Of a stretch of DNA of 64,000 bases, positions 18,145 through 28,842 are shown piece after piece (the first letter of the stretch is position 1; every line of letters starts with the position of its first letter). The notes beneath the pieces are model-generated. The model was not told where the DNA came from. It saw nothing but the letters and a program-made list of their open reading frames with translations, and made no database searches. The stretch is from an uncultured Bacillales bacterium (GTDB taxonomy: Bacteria > Bacillota_I > Bacilli_A > RFN20 > CAG-449), in contig CAMEOO010000002.1 of the NCBI GenBank assembly GCA_945929875.1, positions 65,813 to 129,812 of the forward strand, given 5' to 3'. Both the position numbers and the translations under genes were made by a program.

Positions 18145-21100
18145 TTTTACATTAGATCAACAAAGAGCCATTCAAGAAGAGGGTAATATTATCGTTTCCG
18201 CGGGCGCGGGAAGTGGTAAGACTGCAGTCTTAAGTGAAAGAGTATTATATTTTATTAAAGAAAAGAATTATTCAATTAGTGAATTCTTAATTCTTACTTT
18301 TACAAATCTTGCTGCTGGGGAAATGAAGAGTAGAATTAGACAAAAGTTAATAGATAACAATCTAAAGGATAAAGACTTTGTCGATGTCAGCGATATCACT
18401 ACCTTTGATGCTTTTAGTAATAAATTGGTAAAACAATATCACAATTTACTAGGGGTTGATAGTAATTTTACGCTTATTGATTCTAATATAATTCTAGTAC
18501 TTAAGCAGAAATATATCGATGAAGAGCTAGAAATATTATACCAGCAAGAAGATCCTTTATTCTTAGAATTTATCGATAAATATTGTTATAAAGATGATAA
18601 TGCTGTTAGAGCGTTAATTCTTCAAGTATTAAATCAGTTAGACTTATCTTTAAATAAAGAAGAATTTCTTTCTAATTTTTTAACTAAATATTTTTCAGAT
18701 AAAAACATTGAAGATATCTTTTCTTACGTTACAAAAAAATTAATCTATGAAAGAGATAAATGGTGTGAATCTATTACAGATGTACCTGATATTCTAGACA
18801 ATAAAGGCAATAGCTTGATTGAAGAATATCAAAAGCAAATTGATTATATTAGTCAATTTGATACATATGAAGAAGTACTTTCTTCCTTCATTAACCTTGA
18901 AACTATTAGAAGTCAAAACAAGTATAAAGATTTGATTAGTGAAGAAGAAAATAAAGCTTTTGATAGATTTAAGAAAAAAAGAACTAGTTTAAAATCTTAT
19001 TTTTCCTCTTTTCCTTCAAAAGAAGAAGGTAAAAAGATCATTTTACAAAGTGAAAAATATATAAAGTTAATTTTAAGTATCGTTAAAAAAATCGATGAAA
19101 GGATAAGAGAATACAAGTTTTCTCATCAATCTTTTGAGTTCTCTGATATTGGTAACTTCGCTTTAAAATTAGTAAGAGAAAATAAAAATATTCAAGAAGA
19201 ATTAAAAAGTAAATATAAAATGATCATGATCGATGAATACCAAGATACTAGCGAACTTCAAGAAATCTTTATCTCTTATATCCAAAATAATAATGTCTAT
19301 TGCGTTGGTGACATCAAACAATCAATCTATGGTTTTAGAAATGCTAGATGCGACATCTTTAAAAATAAGTATGATCTATATCAAAATAATACATGTGGAA
19401 AAGCCATCGACTTAAAACATAACTTTAGATCAAGAAGAGAAGTCCTAGATAATATTAATTTAATTTTTAAAAATATTATGAGCGATTCTTTAGGCGGGGC
19501 AAATTATTTAAAAGATCACATTATCGAATATGGAAATAAATTATATTTAGAAGAAGTTAATCCTTTACAAGATAATAATTTAGAAATATATAGTTATAAT
19601 GATAAAAACGATGAAGAAAAGGAGATTAGAATTATCGCTTTAGATATCATTTCTAAAATTAATTCTAAATATCAAGTGTGTGAAATGAAAAATGATCATG
19701 GCTTTTTAAGGCCATGCGAGTTTAAAGATTTTGCCATTATTATCGACCGGGGTAATTCTTTTGATAATTTCATTAAAATATTTAATGAATACCAAATCCC
19801 TCTTTATGTTGAAAGAGATGAAGATATTAAAGATAATGACCTAGTAAATATATTGAAAAATTTATTTATAATTATTAAATACTTAAGGAACAACTTAGAA
19901 ATCGATGGCGTATTTAAACATGCTTACGTCAGCGTTATTCGCTCTTTTGTATTTAATTATACTGACCAAGATATTTATTCTTTATGCCAAAATAACGACT
20001 TTATTAATGACAAAGTTTATCTACAAATAAAAGAAGTTATTAATGATAATTACGACTCTTCTGATTATGTGTTAGTAAATCGGATAATTAATGATATTTT
20101 AATCTATCAAAAAGTTTCTAGAATTGGAAATATCGAGATTAATCAAAGTTATCTCGATTCATTTATTTCTACTTTTAAACAGATGAATGAGCTAGATTTC
20201 TCTCTTGATGATTTTATTACCTATCTAGATAATATCAATGAATATGAAGGATTAAAACTTAATTTATCTAGTAAAGGAACTTCTATTAATTCGGTTAGAT
20301 TAATTAATATTCATAAATCTAAAGGGTTGGAATTTAACATTGTATATTTCCCTTACCTTTATAAGAATTTCCCTTCTAAAGAAGAAAAAATCTCCTTAGG
20401 ATATTCAAAAGACTTTGGAATCTTCCTTAAAGAAGAAGGAATGTTAATTAAAACTAGTTATCTATATAAGAATAGAATTGAAACTCTTTCAGAAAAAATT
20501 AGATTATTATATGTAGCATTAACTAGAGCAAGAGAAAAGATGATTCTCATTATGCCAAAGATTCCAGATTATAAAGAATTAAAGGTAATCGATTCTAAGT
20601 CGTTCTATGATCTAATCTACCCATTAAAGCACTTCTTTAAAAATGTAAATTGCAATAATATTAGCGATCAATATTTAGTTAAGAATTTAAAACCAGTTGA
20701 AAAAGAAAAATTTTCCATAAAAAAGATTATCTTTGATAAGACGCTAAAAGAGCAAGTAAAAAGAGCAAGTAAAGAAATATCATTAGAAATCAATAAAGAA
20801 GCTTTAAGATTTGGTAATGCACTTCACTTCGCTTTAGAGATTACCGATTTTAAAAATCCAGATTATTCTCTTATTTCAAATGGTTACGTAAGAGAAAAAG
20901 TAAAAAGCTTTTTATCAAGTCCTTTAATGGAAGACATCAACAATGCAAAAATCTATAAAGAATATGAGTTTATCGATAGTAAAAATAATACAAATGGCAT
21001 AATCGACTTACTACTTGTTTACCAAGACAAAGTGGTAATCATCGATTATAAAACTAAAAATATCGATGATGAGAAATATAATAAGCAATTAGAAGTATAT

Positions 21101-21190
21101 AAAGATTTTGTAAAGCAAAAATACGACTTACCAATCTATACTTACTTATATTCTATCGTTTCAAGCACGTCAAAAGAAGTGGCAGTATAA
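18128..21190 (+). CDS. addA: helicase-nuclease subunit A (AddA, UvrD/PcrA-like helicase with a C-terminal RecB-type nuclease)
   Basis: GAGSGKTAVLSERV Walker A, MIDEYQDTS (DExx), VGDIKQSIYGFR, and C-terminal IIDLLL...VIIDYKT nuclease motif. GTG start overlaps the addB end. Confidence 0.9.
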   Translation: MKKVPNFTLDQQRAIQEEGNIIVSAGAGSGKTAVLSERVLYFIKEKNYSISEFLILTFTNLAAGEMKSRIRQKLIDNNLKDKDFVDVSDITTFDAFSNKLVKQYHNLLGVDSNFTLIDSNIILVLKQKYIDEELEILYQQEDPLFLEFIDKYCYKDDNAVRALILQVLNQLDLSLNKEEFLSNFLTKYFSDKNIEDIFSYVTKKLIYERDKWCESITDVPDILDNKGNSLIEEYQKQIDYISQFDTYEEVLSSFINLETIRSQNKYKDLISEEENKAFDRFKKKRTSLKSYFSSFPSKEEGKKIILQSEKYIKLILSIVKKIDERIREYKFSHQSFEFSDIGNFALKLVRENKNIQEELKSKYKMIMIDEYQDTSELQEIFISYIQNNNVYCVGDIKQSIYGFRNARCDIFKNKYDLYQNNTCGKAIDLKHNFRSRREVLDNINLIFKNIMSDSLGGANYLKDHIIEYGNKLYLEEVNPLQDNNLEIYSYNDKNDEEKEIRIIALDIISKINSKYQVCEMKNDHGFLRPCEFKDFAIIIDRGNSFDNFIKIFNEYQIPLYVERDEDIKDNDLVNILKNLFIIIKYLRNNLEIDGVFKHAYVSVIRSFVFNYTDQDIYSLCQNNDFINDKVYLQIKEVINDNYDSSDYVLVNRIINDILIYQKVSRIGNIEINQSYLDSFISTFKQMNELDFSLDDFITYLDNINEYEGLKLNLSSKGTSINSVRLINIHKSKGLEFNIVYFPYLYKNFPSKEEKISLGYSKDFGIFLKEEGMLIKTSYLYKNRIETLSEKIRLLYVALTRAREKMILIMPKIPDYKELKVIDSKSFYDLIYPLKHFFKNVNCNNISDQYLVKNLKPVEKEKFSIKKIIFDKTLKEQVKRASKEISLEINKEALRFGNALHFALEITDFKNPDYSLISNGYVREKVKSFLSSPLMEDINNAKIYKEYEFIDSKNNTNGIIDLLLVYQDKVVIIDYKTKNIDDEKYNKQLEVYKDFVKQKYDLPIYTYLYSIVSSTSKEVAV

Positions 21191-21252
21191 ATTGATTTTT
21201 AGTAAAAATATTTCTATAATTTTATTAATTGAAACGTTTGGAGAAACACATT

Positions 21253-22266
21253 ATGAAAAAACATAATGGATTAAAAATATTTGGAATAATATTAGGAGTT
21301 ATCGCTATTTTTATGGTGACAATTAATATAATTCCACCTAAAAAGGTTCTGGAAGATAATCCGTTTATTAGTAAAGAAAAACTTCCAATGATCGCCGCGC
21401 ATAGAGGAGGATCAATCACAAATCCAGAGAATACTTTAAAAGCATATAAAACGGCAGTAAATGAGTATAAAATCGATATTGTCGAAAGTGATTTATGGTT
21501 AACTAAGGATAATCATTTAGTTTATAATCACGATGGATACATTGATAGAACTAGCAACGTAAATGGCAATCTACCTCTTGAAGAAGTGATGACGTTATGC
21601 GAAAAAAAAGAAAATCGCCACTATATTTCTGATTACACTTTAGAGGAATTAAAACAGTTTAATTTTGGCTATTACTTCACGGATGAAAATAATAATCGTC
21701 CTTATAAAGATTTAACTAAAGAGCAAGTTGTCGAAGAAAACTTACAAATACTTGCATTAAATGATTTATTTGAAGCTTTCTATGAAACTAATCCAGAGCT
21801 ACTATTTATCGTTGAAATCAAAGACCCAGGAGAAAGAGGATTCGAAAGTGCAAATCAATTAGATTTTTCTTTAACTAATCTTTATCCTAAATATAAGAAT
21901 CATGTAGTAATCGGTACTTTCCATGATGAGATTGAAAATGATTTAAAGTTTAATCATCCTTCTTTACTTAGAGGAGCTTCAACTGGAGCCGCGGCTAAAT
22001 TTGTTATTACCGAATTATTAAAAGTCAATATATTTGATGATGGTAGTTTTGCTTGTTTACAAATTCCTACTAGTTACAATCTTGGAATTACTTTCCATCT
22101 AGATAAGAAACAATATATTAAAAGAGCTCATAAAAGAAATATCGCCGTGCAGTATTGGACTATCAATGATGAAAAAACCATGAGAGAATTGATTGATCTT
22201 GGTTGTGATGCAATCATGACAGATAATCCAGTGCTACTTAGACAAGTTCTCGACTCATACAAATAA
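21253..22266 (+). CDS. membrane-anchored glycerophosphodiester phosphodiesterase (GDPD family)
   Basis: AAHRGGS...PENTL...ESDLWLTKDNHLVYNHD motifs. N-terminal TM helix. I place the start at MKKHNG (21253) after GGAGAAA. Confidence 0.85.
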   Translation: MKKHNGLKIFGIILGVIAIFMVTINIIPPKKVLEDNPFISKEKLPMIAAHRGGSITNPENTLKAYKTAVNEYKIDIVESDLWLTKDNHLVYNHDGYIDRTSNVNGNLPLEEVMTLCEKKENRHYISDYTLEELKQFNFGYYFTDENNNRPYKDLTKEQVVEENLQILALNDLFEAFYETNPELLFIVEIKDPGERGFESANQLDFSLTNLYPKYKNHVVIGTFHDEIENDLKFNHPSLLRGASTGAAAKFVITELLKVNIFDDGSFACLQIPTSYNLGITFHLDKKQYIKRAHKRNIAVQYWTINDEKTMRELIDLGCDAIMTDNPVLLRQVLDSYK

Positions 22267-22274
22267 GAATCTAG

Positions 22275-22307
22275 CCTAATGAATATCTTCCTCATTAGGT
22301 TTTTTTA
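22275..22307 (+). terminator. intrinsic terminator
   Basis: CCTAATGA-loop-TCATTAGG then TTTTTTT. Confidence 0.85.
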
Positions 22308-22551
22308 TATTGGCCATGATGCTTAGTGAATATGTTGGAATTGAAGTTAAAAAGTTAGGTAACAAAGATGAATCAATTCTAATAAAGAGACTAAATGTAA
22401 GTAAAATCCTTTTAACGATCAAATATGATATTTGATGATTATCTAATAAAGCGTTTTCATATATTTATTAATAAAAAAGTATTTTATTGATAAAAAAATA
22501 TCGATATAATTTTATCGGTTGATGGATATTTCTATCAAGAAAGGATTATTT

Positions 22552-25173
22552 ATGGAAGAAAAAATTATTACCCCCCAAGAAGAGGTCAACTCATTAGTGG
22601 AAAAAGCATTGAAATGTTTAGATGAATATGCTTCTTTTACGCAAGAAAAAATCGATTATATCGTCGCTAAAGCTTCAGTTGCGGCTTTAGATCAACATGG
22701 TAATTTAGCAAAACTTGCTATCGAAGAAACTAAAAGAGGAGTATTTGAAGATAAAGCGACGAAAAATTTATTTGCTTGTGAATATGTAGTTAATCACATG
22801 CGTCACTTAAAAACAGTAGGAGTTATTTCTGAAGATGAAGTCACTGGTATTACTGAACTTGCTGAACCAGTTGGTGTAGTTGCAGGTATCACACCAGTTA
22901 CTAACCCTACTTCAACGGCAATTTTTAAATCATTAATTTGTTTAAAGACAAGAAACCCAATCATTTTTGCTTTCCACCCAAACGCACAAAAATGTTCTGT
23001 TGCAGCGGCTAAAGTGGTTTATGAGGCAGCTGTAGAAGCAGGAGCGCCTAAAGATTGCATTCAATGGATTGAGAATCCATCAATGGACGCTACTAGCGCC
23101 CTTATGAATCATCCAGGAGTTTCCACAATTCTTGCAACTGGTGGTAATGCGATGGTTAAAGCGGCTTATTCTTGTGGTAAACCTGCTTTAGGTGTTGGCG
23201 CAGGAAACGTTCCAGCATATATGGAAAAATCATGTAAAGTAAAACAAGCGGTAAATGATATCGTCATGTCTAAATCTTTTGATAATGGTATGGTTTGCGC
23301 TTCTGAACAAGCAGTCATCATCGATCAAGAAATTTACGATGAAGCTTTAGAAGAATTTAAATCTTTTGGCTGTTATCTAGTTAATAAAGAAGAAAAGAAA
23401 ATGCTAGAAAAATACATGTTTGGCGTCTCTTCTAAAGAAGATTATCCTAATGCTAAGCTTAATCCAGTAGTAGTTGGTAAATCCGCTAGATGGATTGCAA
23501 GTCAAGCAGGCTTTGAAGTACCAGAGAAAACTGTTATTTTACTAGCTAAATGTTCTACTGTTGGAGTAAATGAACCTTTAACTAGAGAAAAGTTATCTCC
23601 AGTTCTTGCTGTATTAAAATCTTCTTCTCAAGAAGAAGGAATCCAACTATCTAGAAAGATGGTTGAATTTAATGGACTAGGTCACTCAGCTTCAATTCAT
23701 ACTCAAGATAAAAAATTAGCTACTCACTTTGGTGATGTCATACCAGCGATTAGAGTGATTTGGAATTCTCCTTCTACTTTTGGTGGAATTGGTAATGTTT
23801 ATAACTCATTTACACCTTCTTTAACTCTTGGATGTGGTAGTTATGGACACAATTCAGTAGGTGACAACGTATCCGCAATTAATCTATTAAATATTAAAAA
23901 GGTAGGAAGAAGAAGAAACAATATGCAATGGTTTAAGATTCCAAGTAAGATCTATTTTGAAAGAGATTCAATAGAATATTTACATCAAATGAAAGAGATG
24001 AAGAAGGTAATGATCGTCACCGATCGTTCAATGGTTGATCTTGGTTATGTTGATCGTGTTACTAATCAATTGAAACTTAGAAGAGACCCAGTTCAATATC
24101 AATTATTCTGCGACGTTGAACCAGATCCTTCGATTCAAACAGTCTTAAAAGGAGTTCAATTAATGAGATCATTTGAGCCTGATACAATTATCGCATTAGG
24201 TGGAGGATCACCAATTGATGCCGCGAAAGGGATGTGGTTATATTATGAGCATCCTGAAGTTAACTTTAACGATTTAAAACAAAAGTTTATGGATATTAGA
24301 AAACGAGCTTTCCGTTATCCTGAGCTTGGAAAGAAAGCGCAATTAGTTTGTATTCCAACTACCTCTGGTACTGGATCAGAAGTTACTCCTTTTGCGGTCA
24401 TCACCGATAAAGAAGAGAATAAGAAATACCCATTAACTGATTATTCATTAACTCCTAATGTGGCGATTATTGATCCATCTTTAACTTTATCTCTACCTCC
24501 AAAAATTACCGCAGATACTGGAATGGACGTCTTAACTCACGCGATTGAAGCTTACGTTTCTGTACTAGCTAGTGACTTTACTGATGGACTTGCTCTTCAA
24601 GCAGTAAAAATGGTCTTTAAATATCTTGAAAGATCATATAAGAATGGGAGAAATGATCCAGAAGCAAGAGAGAAGATGCATAATGCTTCCGCTTTAGCGG
24701 GTATGGCTTTCGCTAATGCTTTCTTAGGTATGAATCACTCGATGGCTCACAAGATTGGTGGTGTCTTCCATGTACCTCATGGAAGAGCTAATGCCATTTT
24801 ACTTCCATATACAATTAGATATAATGGAACAAAACCTCAAAAATTATCTACTTGGCCAAAGTACAACTACTATTGCGCTGATGAAAGATATGCTGAACTT
24901 GCTAGAGCAATCGGTTTAAAATTTGATACTACCGAAGAAGGAGTAGAAGCTTTTGCAAAAGCATGTGGTGATTTAGGAAGAAGAGTTGGCATTGCAATGA
25001 ACTTTAAATCTCAAGGAATCGATAGAGAAGAATGGATGAGTCAAATGGATAAACTTAGCTATTTGGCTTACGAAGATCAATGCTCTCCAGCTAATCCAAG
25101 AGTTCCTCTTGTCGAAGATATGAAGAAAATCATGATCGATAGTTACGACAATGAAGAATTTTTAGATAAATAG
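22552..25173 (+). CDS. adhE: bifunctional acetaldehyde-CoA/alcohol dehydrogenase
   Basis: N-terminal ALDH domain (catalytic VCASEQ) fused to an Fe-ADH domain (GGGSPIDAAK, HxxxH metal ligands). I place the start at MEEKII (22552). Confidence 0.95.
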   Translation: MEEKIITPQEEVNSLVEKALKCLDEYASFTQEKIDYIVAKASVAALDQHGNLAKLAIEETKRGVFEDKATKNLFACEYVVNHMRHLKTVGVISEDEVTGITELAEPVGVVAGITPVTNPTSTAIFKSLICLKTRNPIIFAFHPNAQKCSVAAAKVVYEAAVEAGAPKDCIQWIENPSMDATSALMNHPGVSTILATGGNAMVKAAYSCGKPALGVGAGNVPAYMEKSCKVKQAVNDIVMSKSFDNGMVCASEQAVIIDQEIYDEALEEFKSFGCYLVNKEEKKMLEKYMFGVSSKEDYPNAKLNPVVVGKSARWIASQAGFEVPEKTVILLAKCSTVGVNEPLTREKLSPVLAVLKSSSQEEGIQLSRKMVEFNGLGHSASIHTQDKKLATHFGDVIPAIRVIWNSPSTFGGIGNVYNSFTPSLTLGCGSYGHNSVGDNVSAINLLNIKKVGRRRNNMQWFKIPSKIYFERDSIEYLHQMKEMKKVMIVTDRSMVDLGYVDRVTNQLKLRRDPVQYQLFCDVEPDPSIQTVLKGVQLMRSFEPDTIIALGGGSPIDAAKGMWLYYEHPEVNFNDLKQKFMDIRKRAFRYPELGKKAQLVCIPTTSGTGSEVTPFAVITDKEENKKYPLTDYSLTPNVAIIDPSLTLSLPPKITADTGMDVLTHAIEAYVSVLASDFTDGLALQAVKMVFKYLERSYKNGRNDPEAREKMHNASALAGMAFANAFLGMNHSMAHKIGGVFHVPHGRANAILLPYTIRYNGTKPQKLSTWPKYNYYCADERYAELARAIGLKFDTTEEGVEAFAKACGDLGRRVGIAMNFKSQGIDREEWMSQMDKLSYLAYEDQCSPANPRVPLVEDMKKIMIDSYDNEEFLDK

Positions 25174-25187
25174 TAATTATATTTATT

Positions 25188-25221
25188 ACCCTAGTAGGAT
25201 TATCTATTAGGGTTTTATTTT
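25188..25221 (+). terminator. probable intrinsic terminator after adhE
   Basis: ACCCTA-14 nt-TAGGGT then TTTATTTT. Confidence 0.5.
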
Positions 25222-25267
25222 GGAAATAATTATTAATTATTAGGTAAATGTATGATAGAATTTAGGC

Positions 25268-26602
25268 ATGATTGACTTAAAACATTTTAAAAATAAGTAT
25301 CCATTGATGGAAATCCAAGATATTATCAAGCTTTATTTACAAGCTTATTTAGGCCCTGCTCACTTAATGCCTAATAAAGATCGATTGAAACAAAATTTAC
25401 TTATAGAATATGAGGAGTGTAAGAATTTAAATTATCAATATGATTTATTTGAAGATATAGGAGATATTTATACTAGAGTATATATAAAGCCATATTTTGA
25501 GAAAATGAAATCATTTGATAAGTTGATTGAAGCCTTTGAAAAATCTATTGAAACAAACTTAAATTTCGATAATTATAAAAAAGAAATAAGAAAGTTAATT
25601 AATGAAGATAATAAAGAATTTATCAATGAATATTTAAATAGTTCAAGCGTACTTATATCACATTCGTCAAGATATAGAGAGAATTATTTTCCACACTATC
25701 TAGTAATAAAAAGAAAGTATAAAAATGAGGTAATGAAGATGAAAAGTAAGGTATATTTTAGTTCGAAAATAACTAAAGAATCAGTGCTGAATTTATATAA
25801 GATTTTAGGGGTAAAATTAGAAGGTAATGTCGCAATTAAAGTTCACTCTGGTGAACCAGGTAATCAAAATTTCTTAAGACCTGATTTTTGGAAAGATATC
25901 ATCAAGGAAGTGAATGGTACAGTCGTCGAGTGTAATACTGCGTATGAAGGAAGAAGAAACACTACGAAAAAGCATTTAGAAACTTTTAAAGAGCATGGAT
26001 GGAATGCTTTTCCTATCGACTTATTAGATGCTGAAGGACCAGATTTAGTGTTAGATATTCCAAATGGAAAAGTAATAAAAAAGAATTATGTTGGTAAAGA
26101 CATAACAAAATATGATTCGATGCTAGTTTTATCTCATTTTAAAGGCCATCCGATGGGTGGATATGGAGGTGCGATTAAGCAACTTTCAATCGGATTAGCT
26201 TCTTCTTATGGAAAGGCTTATATTCATGGGGCTGGCGAAGTAGAAAAAATCTGGACTAGTGATCACGACCTCTTTCTTAAATCTATGGCGGATGCCGCTA
26301 GTTCGATAGTGGAATACTTTAAAGGGAATATCGTTTATATCAACGTAATGAAAAATATGTCGGTAGATTGTGATTGTTGCGCTGTAGCGGAAGACCCATG
26401 TATCAAGGATATTGGAATATTAATTTCAACCGATCCAGTTGCTATTGACCAAGCTTGTATCGATTTAGTCTATTCTTGCGACGATGAAAAAAAAGATCAC
26501 CTTATCCAACGGATAGAATCAAGAAATGGTATACTAACTATAAAAGCCAGCGCGGAACTTGGTTTTGGTAGTAGAGAATACGAACTAATCAAAGTAGATT
26601 AG
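25268..26602 (+). CDS. DUF362-domain protein with an unassigned ~157-aa N-terminal domain (in-frame fusion)
   Basis: Residues ~160-444 (MKSKVYFSS...KVHSGEPGN...SHFKGHPMGGYGGAIKQLSIG...CDCC) match DUF362. The upstream 157 codons are open in the same frame. Confidence 0.7.
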   Translation: MIDLKHFKNKYPLMEIQDIIKLYLQAYLGPAHLMPNKDRLKQNLLIEYEECKNLNYQYDLFEDIGDIYTRVYIKPYFEKMKSFDKLIEAFEKSIETNLNFDNYKKEIRKLINEDNKEFINEYLNSSSVLISHSSRYRENYFPHYLVIKRKYKNEVMKMKSKVYFSSKITKESVLNLYKILGVKLEGNVAIKVHSGEPGNQNFLRPDFWKDIIKEVNGTVVECNTAYEGRRNTTKKHLETFKEHGWNAFPIDLLDAEGPDLVLDIPNGKVIKKNYVGKDITKYDSMLVLSHFKGHPMGGYGGAIKQLSIGLASSYGKAYIHGAGEVEKIWTSDHDLFLKSMADAASSIVEYFKGNIVYINVMKNMSVDCDCCAVAEDPCIKDIGILISTDPVAIDQACIDLVYSCDDEKKDHLIQRIESRNGILTIKASAELGFGSREYELIKVD

Positions 26603-26627
26603 TAGATTTATATAATTTAAATAACAT

Positions 26628-26666
26628 TAAAAGAGTTGATTTTTAGTATGAAATCACCTCTTTTTA
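26628..26666. terminator. bidirectional intrinsic terminator between convergent genes
   Basis: AAAAGAGTTGATTT-loop-AAATCACCTCTTTTT (one mismatch), with an A-run and a T-run flanking. Confidence 0.7.
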
Positions 26667-26692
26667 TAAACGACTAAATAATAACTAATTAT

Positions 26693-27715
26693 TTATATAG
26701 ATAATTCTATATATTTACTGGTTACTAATTTTTCGTAAGGAACTTTGATAGATTCATTTAGTTCACCTGCAAGAACAACTATGTCTATTAGTTTATCAAA
26801 GCTTGATTTAGTAAACTCCATAGTGCTAGGCCATGCTTTTATTTGAAGATAGTTAGTGATAACTTTAGTTAATTCTTCATCATCAGAAGAAGAAAAATCT
26901 TGTTTTAAATAAGGGATGATATCTTCAATTTTATTTTCATTTATGTAAGAAAGTCCTTTTTTGATTGCTCTAGTAAATTTAATGAGTTTATCTTCGTTAT
27001 TATTCATATAGGATTTTAAAGAAGAGAAACAAGTATAAGGGACGTTTTCATTTAACAATTCACCTACAGAGGTAATGATATATCCTTTCTTTGCTTTTTC
27101 AATTTGTGTTCCTACTGGTTCAAAAGCAGTTGCATAATCACTTTCTCCGGCAATAAAAACCCCAGTCACCGCATCAAAACTTACATCGGTTCTAATTCTT
27201 ACATCAACCTCTTTATTAGATACATCTTGAGAAATAGTTAATCTAGCTTTTTTTAATACGTATTCTAAAGTCATCTCTGGCATTCCACCTTTTCTTCCTC
27301 CAATTATTGTGGATCCTTTAAGTAAGTCGTAAGAGAATTTTTCTATTTTTTCTCTTCCTAGTAAAAATGAACCATCTTTTTGAGTTAATTGAGCAAAATT
27401 AATCGCGTAGTCTTTATTTCCATTGACATAGTTATAAACGCTTGCTTCTGGTCCCATAAGACCAATATCTGCTTCTTTAGATATTAATGCCGCCATAACT
27501 TTATCTGCTCCTGGTGTAGTAATTATCTCTACATTTAAGCCTTCATCATCAAAGAACCCTTTTTCTTTAGCTAAATACATTGGTGCGTAGAATAATGAGT
27601 GAGTAACTTCAGCAATGGTAATTTTGTTATCATCTTTTTTTGTACAACTAAATAAAGGCGATAAACTAAATAATAAAGTAATCATTAAAAATATTTTTAA
27701 AAAGTATTTTTTCAT
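26693..27715 (-). CDS. ABC transporter substrate-binding lipoprotein (NMT1/THI5-like, SsuA/TauA class)
   Basis: Lipobox LFSC. ITIAEVTHSLFYAPMYLAKEKGFFDDEGLNVEI is typical of NMT1-family binding proteins. I place the start at MKKYF (27715). Confidence 0.8.
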   Translation of the reverse strand: MKKYFLKIFLMITLLFSLSPLFSCTKKDDNKITIAEVTHSLFYAPMYLAKEKGFFDDEGLNVEIITTPGADKVMAALISKEADIGLMGPEASVYNYVNGNKDYAINFAQLTQKDGSFLLGREKIEKFSYDLLKGSTIIGGRKGGMPEMTLEYVLKKARLTISQDVSNKEVDVRIRTDVSFDAVTGVFIAGESDYATAFEPVGTQIEKAKKGYIITSVGELLNENVPYTCFSSLKSYMNNNEDKLIKFTRAIKKGLSYINENKIEDIIPYLKQDFSSSDDEELTKVITNYLQIKAWPSTMEFTKSSFDKLIDIVVLAGELNESIKVPYEKLVTSKYIELSI

Positions 27716-27914
27716 AATCGTATCCTTTTCTTTCAAAATAGTATATGAAAAAGAAGAATATGTGTTAATGGGATGATATATATTCCAATAATATAAAAAT
27801 AGTTTGATAAACTAAAGAATCTTATTTATTGATTCTAAATTACCATAAAAATGTCACTTTTTCAAGACTAGTAATTTTCATTAAACTAGTGTATTAAATA
27901 CTAGAGGTGATTTT

Positions 27915-28826
27915 ATGAGTGAGAAAAATTTAACCGCTTTAGTGGCTCTTTTTGCAAGAAGTTATCATTATGAGAATAATAAAATTAGAATATTTAGCGA
28001 TACTTTTGCAAAAAAGATTCTAAGTGAAGAAGAATATAAATCTATTTCAGAAAATATGATAAGAGGAATTAATTTCTTTTATCCAGGTTTTAAAGGAACT
28101 GATGAGATGGCTCTAAAAATGATAGTGGATAACTATCTATCTCCATCAATACTAGCTAGATCCATTTTTTGCGAAGATATGTTAGATTCTGCTATAAATA
28201 ATGGCTGTAAACAATATCTAATCTTTGCTTCTGGATACGATACTTATGCTTATAGAAAAAATAATGATATTAAATTATTTGAAATTGATAAGAAAGAGAT
28301 GATTAATGATAAAATAAAACGATTGGAAAAAAATAATATTGAACATTCTCATGTTTCTTTTATCAATTGTGATTTTACAAAAGATAATTGGATTAATAAC
28401 ATATTATTAAGTGATTACCTAACTAATAAACTTTCATTTAGTAGTTTACTGGGTATTATATATTACTTACCAAAGGCGGAATTTAAGAAGATGATTCATA
28501 ATATATCTAATATTGTTTCTAAAGATAGTTATATTTTGTTTGATTATCCTACTTATGAAGAAAGTAAAGAAACTAGTATAACTTCTAAATTAGCTAAAGG
28601 AGCAAATGAAAAGATGAAAGCTAAATATTCATATGGAGAAATTGAAAATATCTTATTAGAAAATGGCTTTATAGTTTGTAAACATTTAGATTATAAACAA
28701 ATGAGCGATCTCTATTTCTATAAATATAATAGTGTTAATCCTGATAATCAAATATTTGCTCCTAAGGGAGTTAACTATTGTTTAGCGATGAAAAAATTGA
28801 AATTATTTGACACCTTTTTTGAATAA
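27915..28826 (+). CDS. class I SAM-dependent methyltransferase (leucine carboxyl/O-methyltransferase-like family)
   Basis: N-terminal TALVALFARSYH...FSDTFAKKIL and ILFASGYDTYAYR pattern. Confidence 0.65.
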   Translation: MSEKNLTALVALFARSYHYENNKIRIFSDTFAKKILSEEEYKSISENMIRGINFFYPGFKGTDEMALKMIVDNYLSPSILARSIFCEDMLDSAINNGCKQYLIFASGYDTYAYRKNNDIKLFEIDKKEMINDKIKRLEKNNIEHSHVSFINCDFTKDNWINNILLSDYLTNKLSFSSLLGIIYYLPKAEFKKMIHNISNIVSKDSYILFDYPTYEESKETSITSKLAKGANEKMKAKYSYGEIENILLENGFIVCKHLDYKQMSDLYFYKYNSVNPDNQIFAPKGVNYCLAMKKLKLFDTFFE

Positions 28827-28842
28827 TGTTAATATAATTTCA

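Noticed and set aside
19233-19415. Alternative-frame + strand ORFs (19233-19415, 43194-43430, 44724-44915, 58545-58853)
   Set aside because: They are short out-of-frame ORFs nested in strongly supported genes (addA, hydB, the hydB/hydA junction, lipoprotein). They have no RBS or motif.
27716-27914. TPP riboswitch upstream of the NMT1/THI5-like binding protein
   Set aside because: The intergenic sequence is AT-rich with no CUGAGA or ACCUGAUCUGGAUAAUGCCAGC-like elements on the minus strand.
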